A model generated the notes under the pieces. The model was not told where the DNA came from. It did no database searches and was given only the letters and a program-made list of their open reading frames with translations. This document shows, piece by piece, positions 50,823 through 61,953 of a stretch of 64,000 nt of DNA. Each line of letters starts with the position of its first letter. Within the stretch, counting starts at the first letter, position 1. Made by a program: the position numbers and the translations under genes. Origin of the DNA: Macrostomum lignano (Eukaryota); contig NIVC01000962.1 of the NCBI GenBank assembly GCA_002269645.1, forward strand, positions 186,001 through 250,000, written 5' to 3'.

Positions 50823-51356
50823 GTGGCCGACCCCGGCGGTGCCACAAAAGCACCCAGTGACTCCGTCGACGCAGCAACCGTCTCGCTCGCCCGACTCACC
50901 GTCGACGCCCTGCTGCGCCTGTCGGATGCGCCTCTGCTGCCCTACGACTGCGAATCGCTGGCACGGGTAGCCACCGCCTGCCACAACTGGGCGGCTGGCC
51001 GGCTACGTCTGGCTGGTTTGGCGACCGAGTCGCTGCGCGACGCTGTGCAAAATTTTTCCGACGCGTTGCGCAACTTCGCGGCCCGAATGTCGAACAGTCG
51101 GCTGGACACCGGCGTCTCTGAGCTCAACGAGCAGCTCGGCCTGCTGAGTCGGAGTTTTCAGGATGACGGAGGTGGTGGCAACTTGCTGATGGGCTCGGGG
51201 CCGACCGGGGTCAGCCGGTGCTTTCCCCAACTGTCGCAGGCGCTGACGGCAGGCCGCCGGTTTGCAACTAAGTCGGCGGCGGCCAAACTGATCACAGCGT
51301 TCCGACAAGCCACGGCGGTTTTGAACGGCGGCCTTGGGGGCCGGGCGTCGGGGTGA
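50823..51356 (+). CDS. TfR/PSMA-like gene exon 4 (helical dimerisation domain)
   Basis: Acceptor GATTTGCAG; LSDAPLLPYDC, ELNEQLGLLSRSF and CFPQLSQAL match the TfR dimerisation domain; spliced CDS 2079 nt = 692 aa. Confidence 0.87.
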   Translation: MADPGGATKAPSDSVDAATVSLARLTVDALLRLSDAPLLPYDCESLARVATACHNWAAGRLRLAGLATESLRDAVQNFSDALRNFAARMSNSRLDTGVSELNEQLGLLSRSFQDDGGGGNLLMGSGPTGVSRCFPQLSQALTAGRRFATKSAAAKLITAFRQATAVLNGGLGGRASG

Positions 51357-51519
51357 AGAACGTGGCACTGAACTCCGCGCAAAGGTGCTGCTTATCGAAT
51401 TCAATTTCGATTCCTCGACCGACTCGGATTCTGAGCTGCGAAAGTTCGAAGCGCCAATAGCGAGTAACTTAAACACTTCTGCACCATCATTGAACCCTTT
51501 GCTCCCTCAGCCAAAGCCA

Positions 51520-52650
51520 GTCAATATAGTCTATGGTTTGGGACCTTCTGCTCCCTCAGCCAAAGTCAATCAATATAGTCTATGGTTTGGGACCTTCTGC
51601 TCCCTCAGCTACAGTCAATCAATATAGTCTATGGTTTGGGACCTACTGATCCCTCAGCTACAGTCAATCAATATAGTCTATGGTTTGGGACCTTCTGATC
51701 CCTCAGCTACAGTCAATCAATATAGTCTATGGTTTGGGACCTTCTGCTCCCTCAGCTACAGTCAATCAATATAGTCTATGGTTTGGGACCTTCTGCTCCC
51801 TCAGCTACAGTCAATCAATATAGTCTATGGTTTGGGACCTTCTACACCCTCGGCTACAGTCAATCAATATAGTCTATGGTTTGGGACCTACTGATCCCTC
51901 AGCTACAGTCAATCAATATAGTCTATGGTTTGGGACCTACTGATCCCTCAGCTACAGTCAATCAATATAGTCTATGGTTTGGGACCTTCTGCTCCCTCAG
52001 CTACAGTCAATCAATATAGTCTATGGTTTGGGACCTTCTACACCCTCGGCTACAGTCAATCAATATAGTCTATCGTTTGGGACCTACTGATCCCTCAGCT
52101 ACAGTCAATCAATATAGTCTATGGTTTGGGACCTACTGATCCCTCAGCTACAGTCAATCAATATAGTCTATGGTTTGGGACCTTCTACACCCTCGGCTAC
52201 AGTCAATCAATATAGCCTATGGTTTGGGACCTTCTACACCCTCAGCTACAGTCAATCAATATAGCCTATGGTTTGGGACCTTCTACACCCTCGGCTACAG
52301 TCAATCAATATAGTCTATGGTTTGGGACCTACTGATCCCTCAGCTACAGTCAATCAATATAGTCTATGGTTTGGGACCTTCTACACCCTCGGCTACAGTC
52401 AATCAATATAGTCTATGGTTTGGGACCTACTGATCCCTCAGCTACAGTCAATCAATATAGTCTATGGTTTGGGACCTACTGATCCCTCAGCTACAGTCAA
52501 TCAATATAGTCTATGGTTTGGGACCTACTGATCCCTCAGCTACAGTCAATCAATATAGTCTATGGTTTGGGACCTTCTGTTCCTTCAGCCAAAGTCAATC
52601 AATATAGTCTATGGTTTGGGACCTTCTACACCCTCAGCTACAGTCAATCA
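51520..52650. repeat. 49-bp minisatellite, about 23 copies
   Basis: CTATGGTTTGGGACCTTCTGCTCCCTCAGCTACAGTCAATCAATATAGT; starts about 160 nt after the stop codon. Confidence 0.96.
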
Positions 52651-53379
52651 ATAATCTGTGGTCAAACTATAACATGAACATAAGCAGCCCCTGTCTGTGA
52701 TCATCTTTGCACTTATTCTACTTACGAATGGCCCTTTCATCAAAGTCAAGCATCCATTATTTCATTGTGTTTCTTGGTCGCATGGCGGGACTGTAAAACC
52801 TTAATTTGCTTGAGCGAGGACACAGATGTACGAGCTAAAAAAGCATTGCTCATTTGAATATAAATAAATAAAAAGAGAATGTATGCGAGATAAAAAGGTC
52901 TCTCGCATACTTTTTTCGTTGCGAAAGACGATTGGTGTGGTTGCGCACACCAAAATCGAGCTTACCACCGCCGAGTTCTGTGTTATCTGCGCATAATTGT
53001 GTAGCCAAAGTTGAGCTTCCACAAGGCATTCACAATGCACGCAGAAAACTATTGAGTCTACTCATGTGGTCTCTGAGTGTTTACACCCCCCACCAATTGC
53101 GCTTCAGTACCGAGCAGACAGCATAAAAGAAAATACAATTTCTTGGAAATCTCGAGCCCAAAACGTAGCATCCGTCAGAAATTTGCTTGTAATTTTGAAA
53201 AACTATAAGAAGGACTCGTCTTGCCAGTATCAGAAGGAATTCAACAAAGAAAACTTCTTGCAAGAATCACGTAAGTTTTTCTTGATGTTTTTCCAGTTCA
53301 AGTTAAATGTACTTTTATTTAAGAAGCGTTTCTCTAGCTTATTGATAACATAAGCGCAGTCAAGAACTTAGAACAAAAT

Positions 53380-54560
53380 GATCTATCTAAAATGAATCTA
53401 TTCACAAATGATCTATTCAAAAACGATCTATTCACAAACGATCTATTCAAAAACGATCTATTCACAAACGATCTATTCACAAACGATCTATTCACAAACG
53501 ATCTATTCACAAACGATCTATTCACAAACGATCTATTCGCAAATGATCTATTCACAAACGATCTATTCACAAACGACCTATTCACAAACGATCTATTCAC
53601 AAACGATCTATTCACAAACGATCTATTCACAAACGATCTATTCACAAACGATCTATTCGCAAATGATCTATCTAAAATGAATCTATTCACAAATGATCTA
53701 TTCAAAAACGATCTATTCACAAACGATCTATTCAAAAACGATCTATTCACAAACGATCTATTCACAAACGATCTATTCACAAACGATCTATTCACAAACG
53801 ATCTATTCACAAACGATCTATTCACAAACGATCTAATCACAAATGATCTATTCACAAACGATCTATTCACAAACGATCTATTCACAAACGATCTATTCAC
53901 AAACGATCTATTCACAAACGATCTATTCACAAACGATCTATTCACAAACGATCTATTTGCAAATGATCTATCTACAATGGATATATTCACAAATGATCTA
54001 TTCACAAACGATCTATTCACAAACGATCTATTCGCAAATGATCTATTCACAAATGATCTATTCACAAACGATCTATTCACAAACGATCTATTTACAAACG
54101 ATCTATTCACAAAGGATCTATTCGCAAATGATCTATCTACAATGGATATATTCACAAATGATCTATTCACAAATGATCTATTCACAAATGATATATTCAC
54201 AAATGATCTATTCACAAACGATCTATTCGCAAATGATCTATCTACAATGGATATATTCACAAATGATCTATTCACAAATGATCTATTCACAAATGATCTA
54301 TTCACAAACGATCTATTCACAAATGATCTATTCACAAACGATCTATTCACAAACGATCTATTTGCAAATGATCTATTCACAAACGATCTATTCACAAACG
54401 ATCTATTCACAAACGATCTATTCACAAACGATCTATTCACAAAGGATCTATTCACAAACGATCTATTCACAAACGATCTATTCACAAACGATCTATTCAC
54501 AAACGATCTATTCACAAACGATCTACTCACAAATGATCTATCCACTAATAATCTATCCAT
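53380..54560. repeat. 15-bp minisatellite (AAACGATCTATTCAC)n
   Basis: Visible array ending just before acceptor TCTCTCCAG. Confidence 0.96.
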
Positions 54561-54633
54561 CAATCTATCTCCAGAGCCACTGAAGCGATCGCAACTGTAG
54601 TCACCAGCCCGACCCACCGTGTCAAGAACCACA

Positions 54634-55164
54634 ATGGCCGAAGCCGCCCAGCCGCCGCAGGAAGATCGAGTTATCCAGAAGCAGCCACAGCAGGTGCAGC
54701 AGCAGCAGCCGATGCCGGGAGCCGGCAGCGACCCCTACAGGGCTGGTTATGAGCAGTCAGCAGGGAGTGCCGGTTACCAAATGACGGTCGTCTCCCAGCA
54801 GCTGTACGTAGGCCAATCTGCCGATGGCCTGCGCAACTGGTCGTCAAGCATCTGCGGCTGTTTTGACGACTTTGAATCCTGCTGCCTGGTGTACTGGTGC
54901 TGCCCCTGCTACATGTGCTGCTGCCTGTCGCACAGGTTCGGCGAGAGCTGCTGTGCTCCGTTCTGCCTGTCGCTGTCCGGTCAGTCATCTTCGCTGGTCT
55001 ACCGCACCAAACTGCGAGCCGCCCACGGCATCCGAGGCGGCGCCATCGAGGACTGCTGCGTGACCACCGGCTGCTGTATGGCCTGCTCCGTGTGCCAGAT
55101 GAAGCGGGAGCTGGACTTCATCGAGCAAACCACCGGAAAGCCGGCGTTCGCGCCGCACCGTTGA
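54634..55164 (+). CDS. PLAC8/cornifelin-family Cys-rich protein, 176 aa, single coding exon
   Basis: ACAATGG start; WSSSICGCFDDFESCCLVYWCCPC (CLxxxxCPC), RTKLRAAHGIRG, EDCC and CSVCQMKREL (QxxREL) motifs. Confidence 0.92.
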   Translation: MAEAAQPPQEDRVIQKQPQQVQQQQPMPGAGSDPYRAGYEQSAGSAGYQMTVVSQQLYVGQSADGLRNWSSSICGCFDDFESCCLVYWCCPCYMCCCLSHRFGESCCAPFCLSLSGQSSSLVYRTKLRAAHGIRGGAIEDCCVTTGCCMACSVCQMKRELDFIEQTTGKPAFAPHR

Positions 55165-56518
55165 AGTTTCTTCGGGGGATCTCGAGATCGGGTCTTGCGC
55201 GTATTAACGAGTTATTGATTAAATATCTGATACTTTATCTCTCCATGTTATTCGCTCTACTTTTAGTAGGATCTTTTAATCAAACCCAATTTTTTAAATG
55301 CTTAATAATCAAACGTTTTCTCGCTTAAAAATGGTCGATTTTTTTCATTATTTAGTTGTGTATATATTATATTTAATACTCTATAGGAAAACAAGACATT
55401 GATTACTCGTTCCCTGCGGGATCGCCTTATCTGCCTGCCTTGAGTTTTTCATTATCAGATATTCTGATTCACCTTCATGAGGGAGATCAAGGTGCGGAAG
55501 AAGATGGAGAGGAAGGAAGAGGAACGGAGAAGAAGGGAGAGGAGGGGAGACGAAAGGGAGCGGAAGGGAGAGGAGGCGAGAGGGAGGGAGAGGAAGGGAG
55601 ACGAAGGGAAAAAGAGAGGAAGTGAGAGGAAAGGAGAGGAAAAGAGAAGAGGGGAGAGGAAGGGAGAGGAAGGGAAAGGAAGGGAGAGGAAGAGAGAGGA
55701 AGATAGAGGAAGATAGAGGAAGATAGAGGAAGATAGAGGAAGGGAGAGGAAGGGAGGAGAAGTGAAAGGGAGAGGAAGGGAGAGGAAGGGAGGAGAAGGG
55801 AGAGGGAGAGGAAGGGAGAGGAAGGGAAAGGGAGAGGAAGGGAGAGGAAGGGAAAGGGAGAGGAAGGGAGAGGAAGGGAGAGGAAGATAGAGGAAGATAG
55901 AGGAAGGGAGGAGAAGGGAAAGGGAGAGGAAGGGAGAGGAAGGGAAAGGGAGAGGAAGGGAAATGAAGGGAGAGGAAGATAGAGGAAGATAGAGGAAGGG
56001 AGAGGAATATAGAGGAAGGGAGAGGAAGATAGAGGAAGATAGAGGAAGGGAGAGGAAGGGAGAAGGGAAAGGGAGAGGAAGGGAGAGGAAGGGAAAGGGA
56101 GAGGAAGGGAAAGGAAGGGAGAGGAAGATAGAGGAAGGGGGAGGAAGACAGAGGAAGGGAAAGGGAGAAGAAGGGAGACGAAAGGGAAAGGGAAAGGAAG
56201 AGAGAAGGGAAAGGAAGATAGAGAAAGGGGGAGGAAGGGAGAGGAAGGGAGAGGAAAGGAAGAGGAAGGGAGAAGAAGGGAGATGAAAAGAGAGGAAGAT
56301 AGAGGAAGATAGAGGAAGGGAGAGGAAGGGAGAGGAAGGGAGGAGAAGGGGGAAGGGAGAGGAAGAGAAAGGAAGGGAGAGGAAGGTAGAGGAAGGGAGA
56401 GGAAGATAGAGAAAGCGGAAGGAAGGGAGAGAAAGGAAAAGGGAGAGGAAGGGAGAGGAAGATAGAGAAAGCGGAAGGAAGGGAGAGAAAGGAAAAGGGA
56501 GAGGAAGGGAGAGGAAGG

Positions 56519-58916
56519 TGTAGTGCACTGCTATTGCGGGTCTCTCCTTCGCTCTCTCACTTTAGCCTTCCCCCACGTGCGTGTACGCCCTCGCACTATT
56601 ACGCAACAGTGGCACGTTGTGCTCACTAGCTCGTTGTGCTCACTAGTATATATAATGCTTAAATATACGGCCATGAGAGTCTAACTTCTGCACCTACACA
56701 AGCGCACTACAATGGCGTCGCAGCTAAACTTACCAAGCCCAGCGCGCTTGGACCTGCGAACAGACCCCAACACGGCCCAGACTAAATGGAAAAAGTGGTA
56801 CGCACAATTTGAACTTTTTGCTGTGGCTGCAAACATCGAAGACAAAAAGCGGCTTCGCCAGCTTTTGCTGTATACAGCCGGAGAGGACTTGCAGATGATT
56901 GCGGCCGGTCTCGGCGACAAAGAGGCAGCAGGCAAAGACGTTGAAACACTCGTAGCCGCGCTTAACGACCACTTCGACAGCAAGCGGAATCTCCCGTTCA
57001 CCCGCTATCAGTTCAGGTTGTGCACGCAGCGGTCTGGCGAGCCCATCGACGAATGGCTCCAGCGCCTCAAAGATGCTGCCGACTGCTGCGGCTTCGAGGG
57101 CCTCAGAGACTCCCTGATCCGTGACCAGGTGATCGCCGGCTGCAGTTCAGAGCAGCTTCGCCGCAAGCTGCTAGCGATCGACAACGTCGACCTGGAGCAG
57201 GCGCTTCGGGTGGCCAGGGCCATGGAGGCAGCGGAGTCGCAGGCCAGCCTCATAGAGACCAGCGCAGCGACCGTGCAGCGGCTGCGCAAGCGCGAGTCCA
57301 GCCCGCCAGAGCAGCCGCAGGAATCAGCCACACAGACAGCCGATCGCAAGCAGCCAAAGTGCATTCGCTGCGGCAACTTCGGCCACCGCAGCTGCAGCGC
57401 AGCGGTAGGCAAGACCTGCAACCGATGCGGCAAGCCGAATCACCTCGCCAAGGCCTGCTTGTCCAGGCCAGAGGACGTGCGAGCTCTGCGAGTCGGTAGC
57501 GACAGTTTAGGTGAAGAGGACGACGTCTTCTGCCTTACCGTGATGGCCTCTGACACGAGCGCGACAGCGGCTCTGGCTACCGTGCTGGTAGAAGCGACTC
57601 CAGTGCAGGTGCTGGTGGACAGCGGAGCCGACTGTAACATCCTCACCGAGGCAGCCTGGCGGAAGCTCCCGGGGCCCCCAGGCCTGCAGCCGACGACAAA
57701 GAGGATCTTCCCATATCGCTCAGCAAAACTTCTGCGCACTCGGGGAGTCTGCAGCCTGCGAGTCTCAGTTGGCCCGAGGGTTCAGCGGGCCAGCTTCATC
57801 ATCGTCCCCGGTAGCGGCATCAGTGTGCTCGGCCGTGCAACCTCTACATCCCTGCAGCTGCTGAGTCTGGAGACGCAGGCCCGGGCACCGGCCAGAGAGG
57901 CTACAAGTCTGACCGATGCTCTTAATGACGAGCAACCAGCCCACGACAGAGTATCGCTGCAGCAGCTCAGCACCGGCGAGTTCGCATTGGAAGGCCCGAC
58001 CAACAACAGCATCCGCGAGGCCACTGCTCGGGACCCGGCTCTGAACTTCGTCATGCAGGCGCTGGCGACTGGCAACTGGCGCTTCGGCGCTACAGCCCAG
58101 GCGAGTAGCTTCCACTCGCTCAAGCGAGAGCTTCTGGTGCGGGACGGCATGCTGCTCAGGGGCGGCAGGATCGTTGTACCCGCAGCGCTTCAGCAGCAGA
58201 CCATCAGTTGGGCCCACCAGGGTCAATTCGGCAGGAGAAAGGCCGTCGACCGGCTGCGGAAGGAGGTCTGGTGGCCCGGCATGGTCCGGCAGGCGCAGGC
58301 GGCTCTGTCAAGGCGACGCCTGCACCAGAACATCGGAGGCGGTGACGCGCGCGAGACACTCCCAGCCGGCCAACAGCGGATGGCAGACACAGCAGGAGAC
58401 GTTCAGCAGTCGTCAGAGCGCGACTGGAAGCTGGTGACCAGACGGCGCGCCGCTAATTTCAATCGGCGCTGCGCCAGCAATTAACCGAAGCTGTGCGATT
58501 GGCTATTGGAAGTCCACCGGCTGAGCAGCAACACGTCAGCGGGACACAATGCCACAGCAGCACAGCCGGGCTTTTATTAATTGAACAAATTACATATGCG
58601 CAAATTACATAAATTTACTTAAATGTATCAAATGTTTCAGTTTTTGTTATGCTTAACCTGCGAAGTTATCTAATTTCTACTTCCTAATTCTAAGGCTTTG
58701 TACTTTTTTGGTTGGGGGAGAGATGTAGTGCACTGCTATTGCGGGTCTCTCCTTCGCTCTCTCACTTTAGCCTTCCCCCACGTGCGTGTACGCCCTCGCA
58801 CTATTACGCAACAGTGGCACGTTGTGCTCACTAGCTCGTTGTGCTCACTAGTATATATAATGCTTAAATATACGGCCATGAGAGCCTAACTTCTGCACCT
58901 ACACAAGCGCACTACA
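56519..58916 (+). mobile_element. Non-autonomous Ty3/Gypsy (Mag-like) LTR element, 2398 bp
   Basis: 193-bp LTRs (56519-56711, 58724-58916) differing at 1 site; TGTAGTGC...GCACTACA termini; 5-bp TSD GAAGG (in low-complexity flanks); PBS-like TGGCG at 56713; PPT GGGGGAGAGA at 58714-58723. Confidence 0.95.
56712..58484 (+). CDS. Gag-protease-degenerate integrase Zn-binding domain polyprotein (no RT, RNase H or integrase core)
   Basis: Gag WKKWYAQF and LIRDQVIAG; knuckles CIRCGNFGH and CNRCGKPNHLAKAC; protease VLVDSGADCN; IN-Zn region RIVVP..WAHQGQFG...VWWPGM. Confidence 0.9.
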   Translation: MASQLNLPSPARLDLRTDPNTAQTKWKKWYAQFELFAVAANIEDKKRLRQLLLYTAGEDLQMIAAGLGDKEAAGKDVETLVAALNDHFDSKRNLPFTRYQFRLCTQRSGEPIDEWLQRLKDAADCCGFEGLRDSLIRDQVIAGCSSEQLRRKLLAIDNVDLEQALRVARAMEAAESQASLIETSAATVQRLRKRESSPPEQPQESATQTADRKQPKCIRCGNFGHRSCSAAVGKTCNRCGKPNHLAKACLSRPEDVRALRVGSDSLGEEDDVFCLTVMASDTSATAALATVLVEATPVQVLVDSGADCNILTEAAWRKLPGPPGLQPTTKRIFPYRSAKLLRTRGVCSLRVSVGPRVQRASFIIVPGSGISVLGRATSTSLQLLSLETQARAPAREATSLTDALNDEQPAHDRVSLQQLSTGEFALEGPTNNSIREATARDPALNFVMQALATGNWRFGATAQASSFHSLKRELLVRDGMLLRGGRIVVPAALQQQTISWAHQGQFGRRKAVDRLRKEVWWPGMVRQAQAALSRRRLHQNIGGGDARETLPAGQQRMADTAGDVQQSSERDWKLVTRRRAANFNRRCASN

Positions 58917-59078
58917 GAAGGGAAAGGGAGAGGAAGGGAGAGGAAGGGAGAGGAAGGGAGAGGAAGGGAGAGGAAGGGAAAGGGAGAGGAAGGGAGAGGA
59001 AGGGAGGAGAAGGGAAAGGGAGAGGAAGGGAAAGGAAGGTAGAGGAATATAGAGGAAGGGAGAGGAAGATTGGTAACA

Positions 59079-59630
59079 TCTCTAACTATAAAAATGAAAA
59101 CTCTGTGTGTCTGTGGACAATTTTGATCGCTATGGACTCCCAAACCGCTCAACCAAATGACACCAAATTTTACACCCACCCTAAACTCACTACGGAGAAT
59201 GTCTTAGGCTACCTTTTAATTTCCTAGACTCAAGTCTTCCTACCTAAAAGTACAAAAAACTGCTCAAAATGCGCGATTTTTTCACTAAATCCTCCATAGC
59301 GCCGCTCCACTTCTACCGATTCTCTTCAAATTTGACACAGGCAATTTTCAACTATTTTGACACAATCGTGTAAAATTTCGAGTCTCAAAGTTAATCCTGA
59401 AAGCCGCTGTGCACTTTTAAAGTTAGGCTGTTTTTTTCAGCGAGGCAGCCACCCCAACCTCCGCCCGCCTGCCTCTCTTTCCCGATCTGGGCAAAGGGTG
59501 CAAATAGGTTTTAAAATGACTAACTTTCGGCTGCCATAACTTTGCTCCACGTTAAGCGATTAACTTCAAATTTGACACAATTCTTCATTAACTTATTCTC
59601 TGTCTAAATGTAAAGTCTCAACTCTGTATC
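59079..59630 (+). mobile_element. 5' part of a Helitron-like non-autonomous element
   Basis: A|TCTCTAACTATAAAAATG-(TG/TC repeat)-GATCG...AAACCGCTCAACCAAAT, the same layout as 44400-44482 on the opposite strand; no 3' CTAG hairpin found. Confidence 0.5.
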
Positions 59631-59728
59631 GCAATCAGGAGGAAACTGTAAGCATGTGAAGTTTGTCTGCTTTTTCTGTTGTTTGCCGCTCATCCAACTC
59701 ATTCCCCCCAGACGAAGGATCATGCGAT

Positions 59729-60098
59729 TTTTTGTTTTTTTTATTAGAGGCAGGGGGGTTGTGTGCACCCTGGCGCAATTTAAGCGTCATTGGCACACAA
59801 CCGGCGAGAGGCATTACTGCCCATTCCGCCGACTCCCCTGAGCAGGCATACAAGCGCGCGGATACGTTACGCAGGCACACACTCACACAGGAGTGTACAG
59901 CGGCCCTAACTTTATCAATTGTTAGGCATGTACACTTCACTGCGCCTTGGGGGGGTTGGCTCTCAAGGCCGTTAAATGCACAAGCGAGCCAAGCCAAGAT
60001 TCCAATCCAGCCCCAAATTAATGTGGCTGCACTTGGAATCGAGCCTGGGTCGCGGCACACCAGAGCAGCTGCGCTACCGCTGGGCTACGGCCCCCTCA
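59729..60098 (-). mobile_element. tRNA-derived SINE, full length
   Basis: Minus-strand head GGGGCCGTAGCCCAGCGGTAG...GGCTCGATTCC (A/B boxes); A-rich tail; 14-bp TSD AAGGATCATGCGAT at 59715-59728 and 60099-60112. Confidence 0.85.
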
Positions 60099-60659
60099 AA
60101 GGATCATGCGATAGGGCTCAATGTACATAGCGAATGTACAGTGTTTTGGAATAACTTTTTAATAGCCTTCTCTGTACCCCCGCGAGTGGAGGCGTGTGGA
60201 GAGGAGAGAGTTTAGCGAGAGATTCAAACTACTGTCCTCTGTATAGACAAGTCGCAGCAGTTAAACAAGGATGGCAAATCAAGGCGATGTGGGATGGTTT
60301 GTAAAAATAGTGAAAAATTAATGAATAACTTATTACAATGCAATCCTACTAAATTAGTTACACCATGAAAATTTTAACATTAAGATTCGCATAAGGTACT
60401 TTAAAATTCAAATGCCTCCTAAGAAATGCGTATTTCCTTGGTTGTTAGACTGCTGCAGACTGTGGTGGTGGAGCTGGAGAATGGAGATACACAGATTCCT
60501 CTCAGGGCTGCTAACTGGCCAGAAAGATTACGTGATTAAAGCATGAGAAATGATAACAACCATGATAGTACTACGTCCCTTGATAGTACTTTCGAAGCAG
60601 GGATCGGCAGATTTTTATCTCAAAGGCCAGATAAAGAATCCAACTCATGGCTGCGGGCC

Positions 60660-61861
60660 AGATGAGAGTGAAAAGGAAAAGGAATAGACTATTAGAAGGA
60701 GAGGAAGGGCGAGAGGGGGATAAGAGAAAAGATAGAAGATAACAGGAGAGACGAGAGGGTTGAGGAGAGCAGAGAATATTGGACGAAGAAGCGAGAGGAG
60801 GGGAGAGAGAAGGCAGAGGAAATAGTAGAGGTGAGAAGATGGAGAGAGAAGAGGGGAGAGATGAGACAGGATTGATCAGAGAGGAGAGTAGAGAAGAGTG
60901 AGAAGAGATGAGAGAACAGAGAGGTAGATGAGAGAGGATCGAGAGGAGAGATTCGTAAGGATCGAGAAGAGAGGAGATAAGAGGGGGAGAGAGGGGGAGA
61001 GAGAGGAGTGAGAAGAGGAGATAAGAGATGAGAGAGAGAGAGAGATGAGTGAGAAGATGAGATAAGAGATAAGAGATAAGAGAGAGAGAGAGAGTTGAGA
61101 AAGAAGAGAGGAGAAAGGAGAGATGATAGAGTAAAGGGAAGAGGAGGAGAGAGGAAAGAGATGCGATTGTAGAGATGAGACAGATGAAAGGAGAGATGAG
61201 AGAGTAAAGATGAGAGATTAAAAAGGTGATAGGAGAGTGCAGAGAGACGAGAGAAGATAATAGAGGAGAGAGAGTATAGAAGAGGGAAGAGAAAAGAAGA
61301 GAGGAGTAAGGAAAGAGAGGAGTCAGAAGAGGGGAAAGAAAAGAGTACACAGGAAAGAGGAGAGTAAAGATGACAGAAGAGCGAGGGGGATGAGAGAGCA
61401 AAGATGAGAGTCAACAGACGAAGGAGAGATGAGAAGTGAGATAAGAGAGATAAAGGAGGAGAGAGTGGAGAGAGAAGAGAGAAGACAAGAGAGGGAGAGA
61501 GTATAGAAGAGGGAAGAGAAGAGAAGAGAAGAGAAGAAAGGAGAAAGGAAAGTGAGGAGTCAAAAGAGGGGAAAGAAAAGAGTACAGAGGAAAGAGGTGA
61601 GAGAAAATATAATACAGTAAAGATGACAGATGAAAGACGGGGTGAGAGAGCAGAGACAAGAGTGAACAGACGAGAGATGGGAGAGTAGAGAGAACAGAGA
61701 CGAGATAAGAGAGAAGAGAGAAGAGATTACAGAGACGAGAGGAGAGAGGAGAGACAAAGGAAGAGAGAAGTGAGTGAGGAGAGAGGAAAGGAAAGAGGAG
61801 AATGGAGAGGGGAGAGAGTAGACAGGAGAAGAGAGATGGGGGGAGAGGAGAGATGAGAGAT

Positions 61862-61953
<92 letters not shown>

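Larger units (their letters stand above)
55480..59070. repeat. GA-rich (GAGAGGAAGG) array interrupted by the LTR element
   Basis: The same repeat is present at 55480-56518 and 58917-59070. Confidence 0.9.

Noticed and set aside
60024-60095. Functional tRNA gene
   Set aside because: Acceptor and anticodon stems do not pair; it is the head of a TSD-flanked SINE
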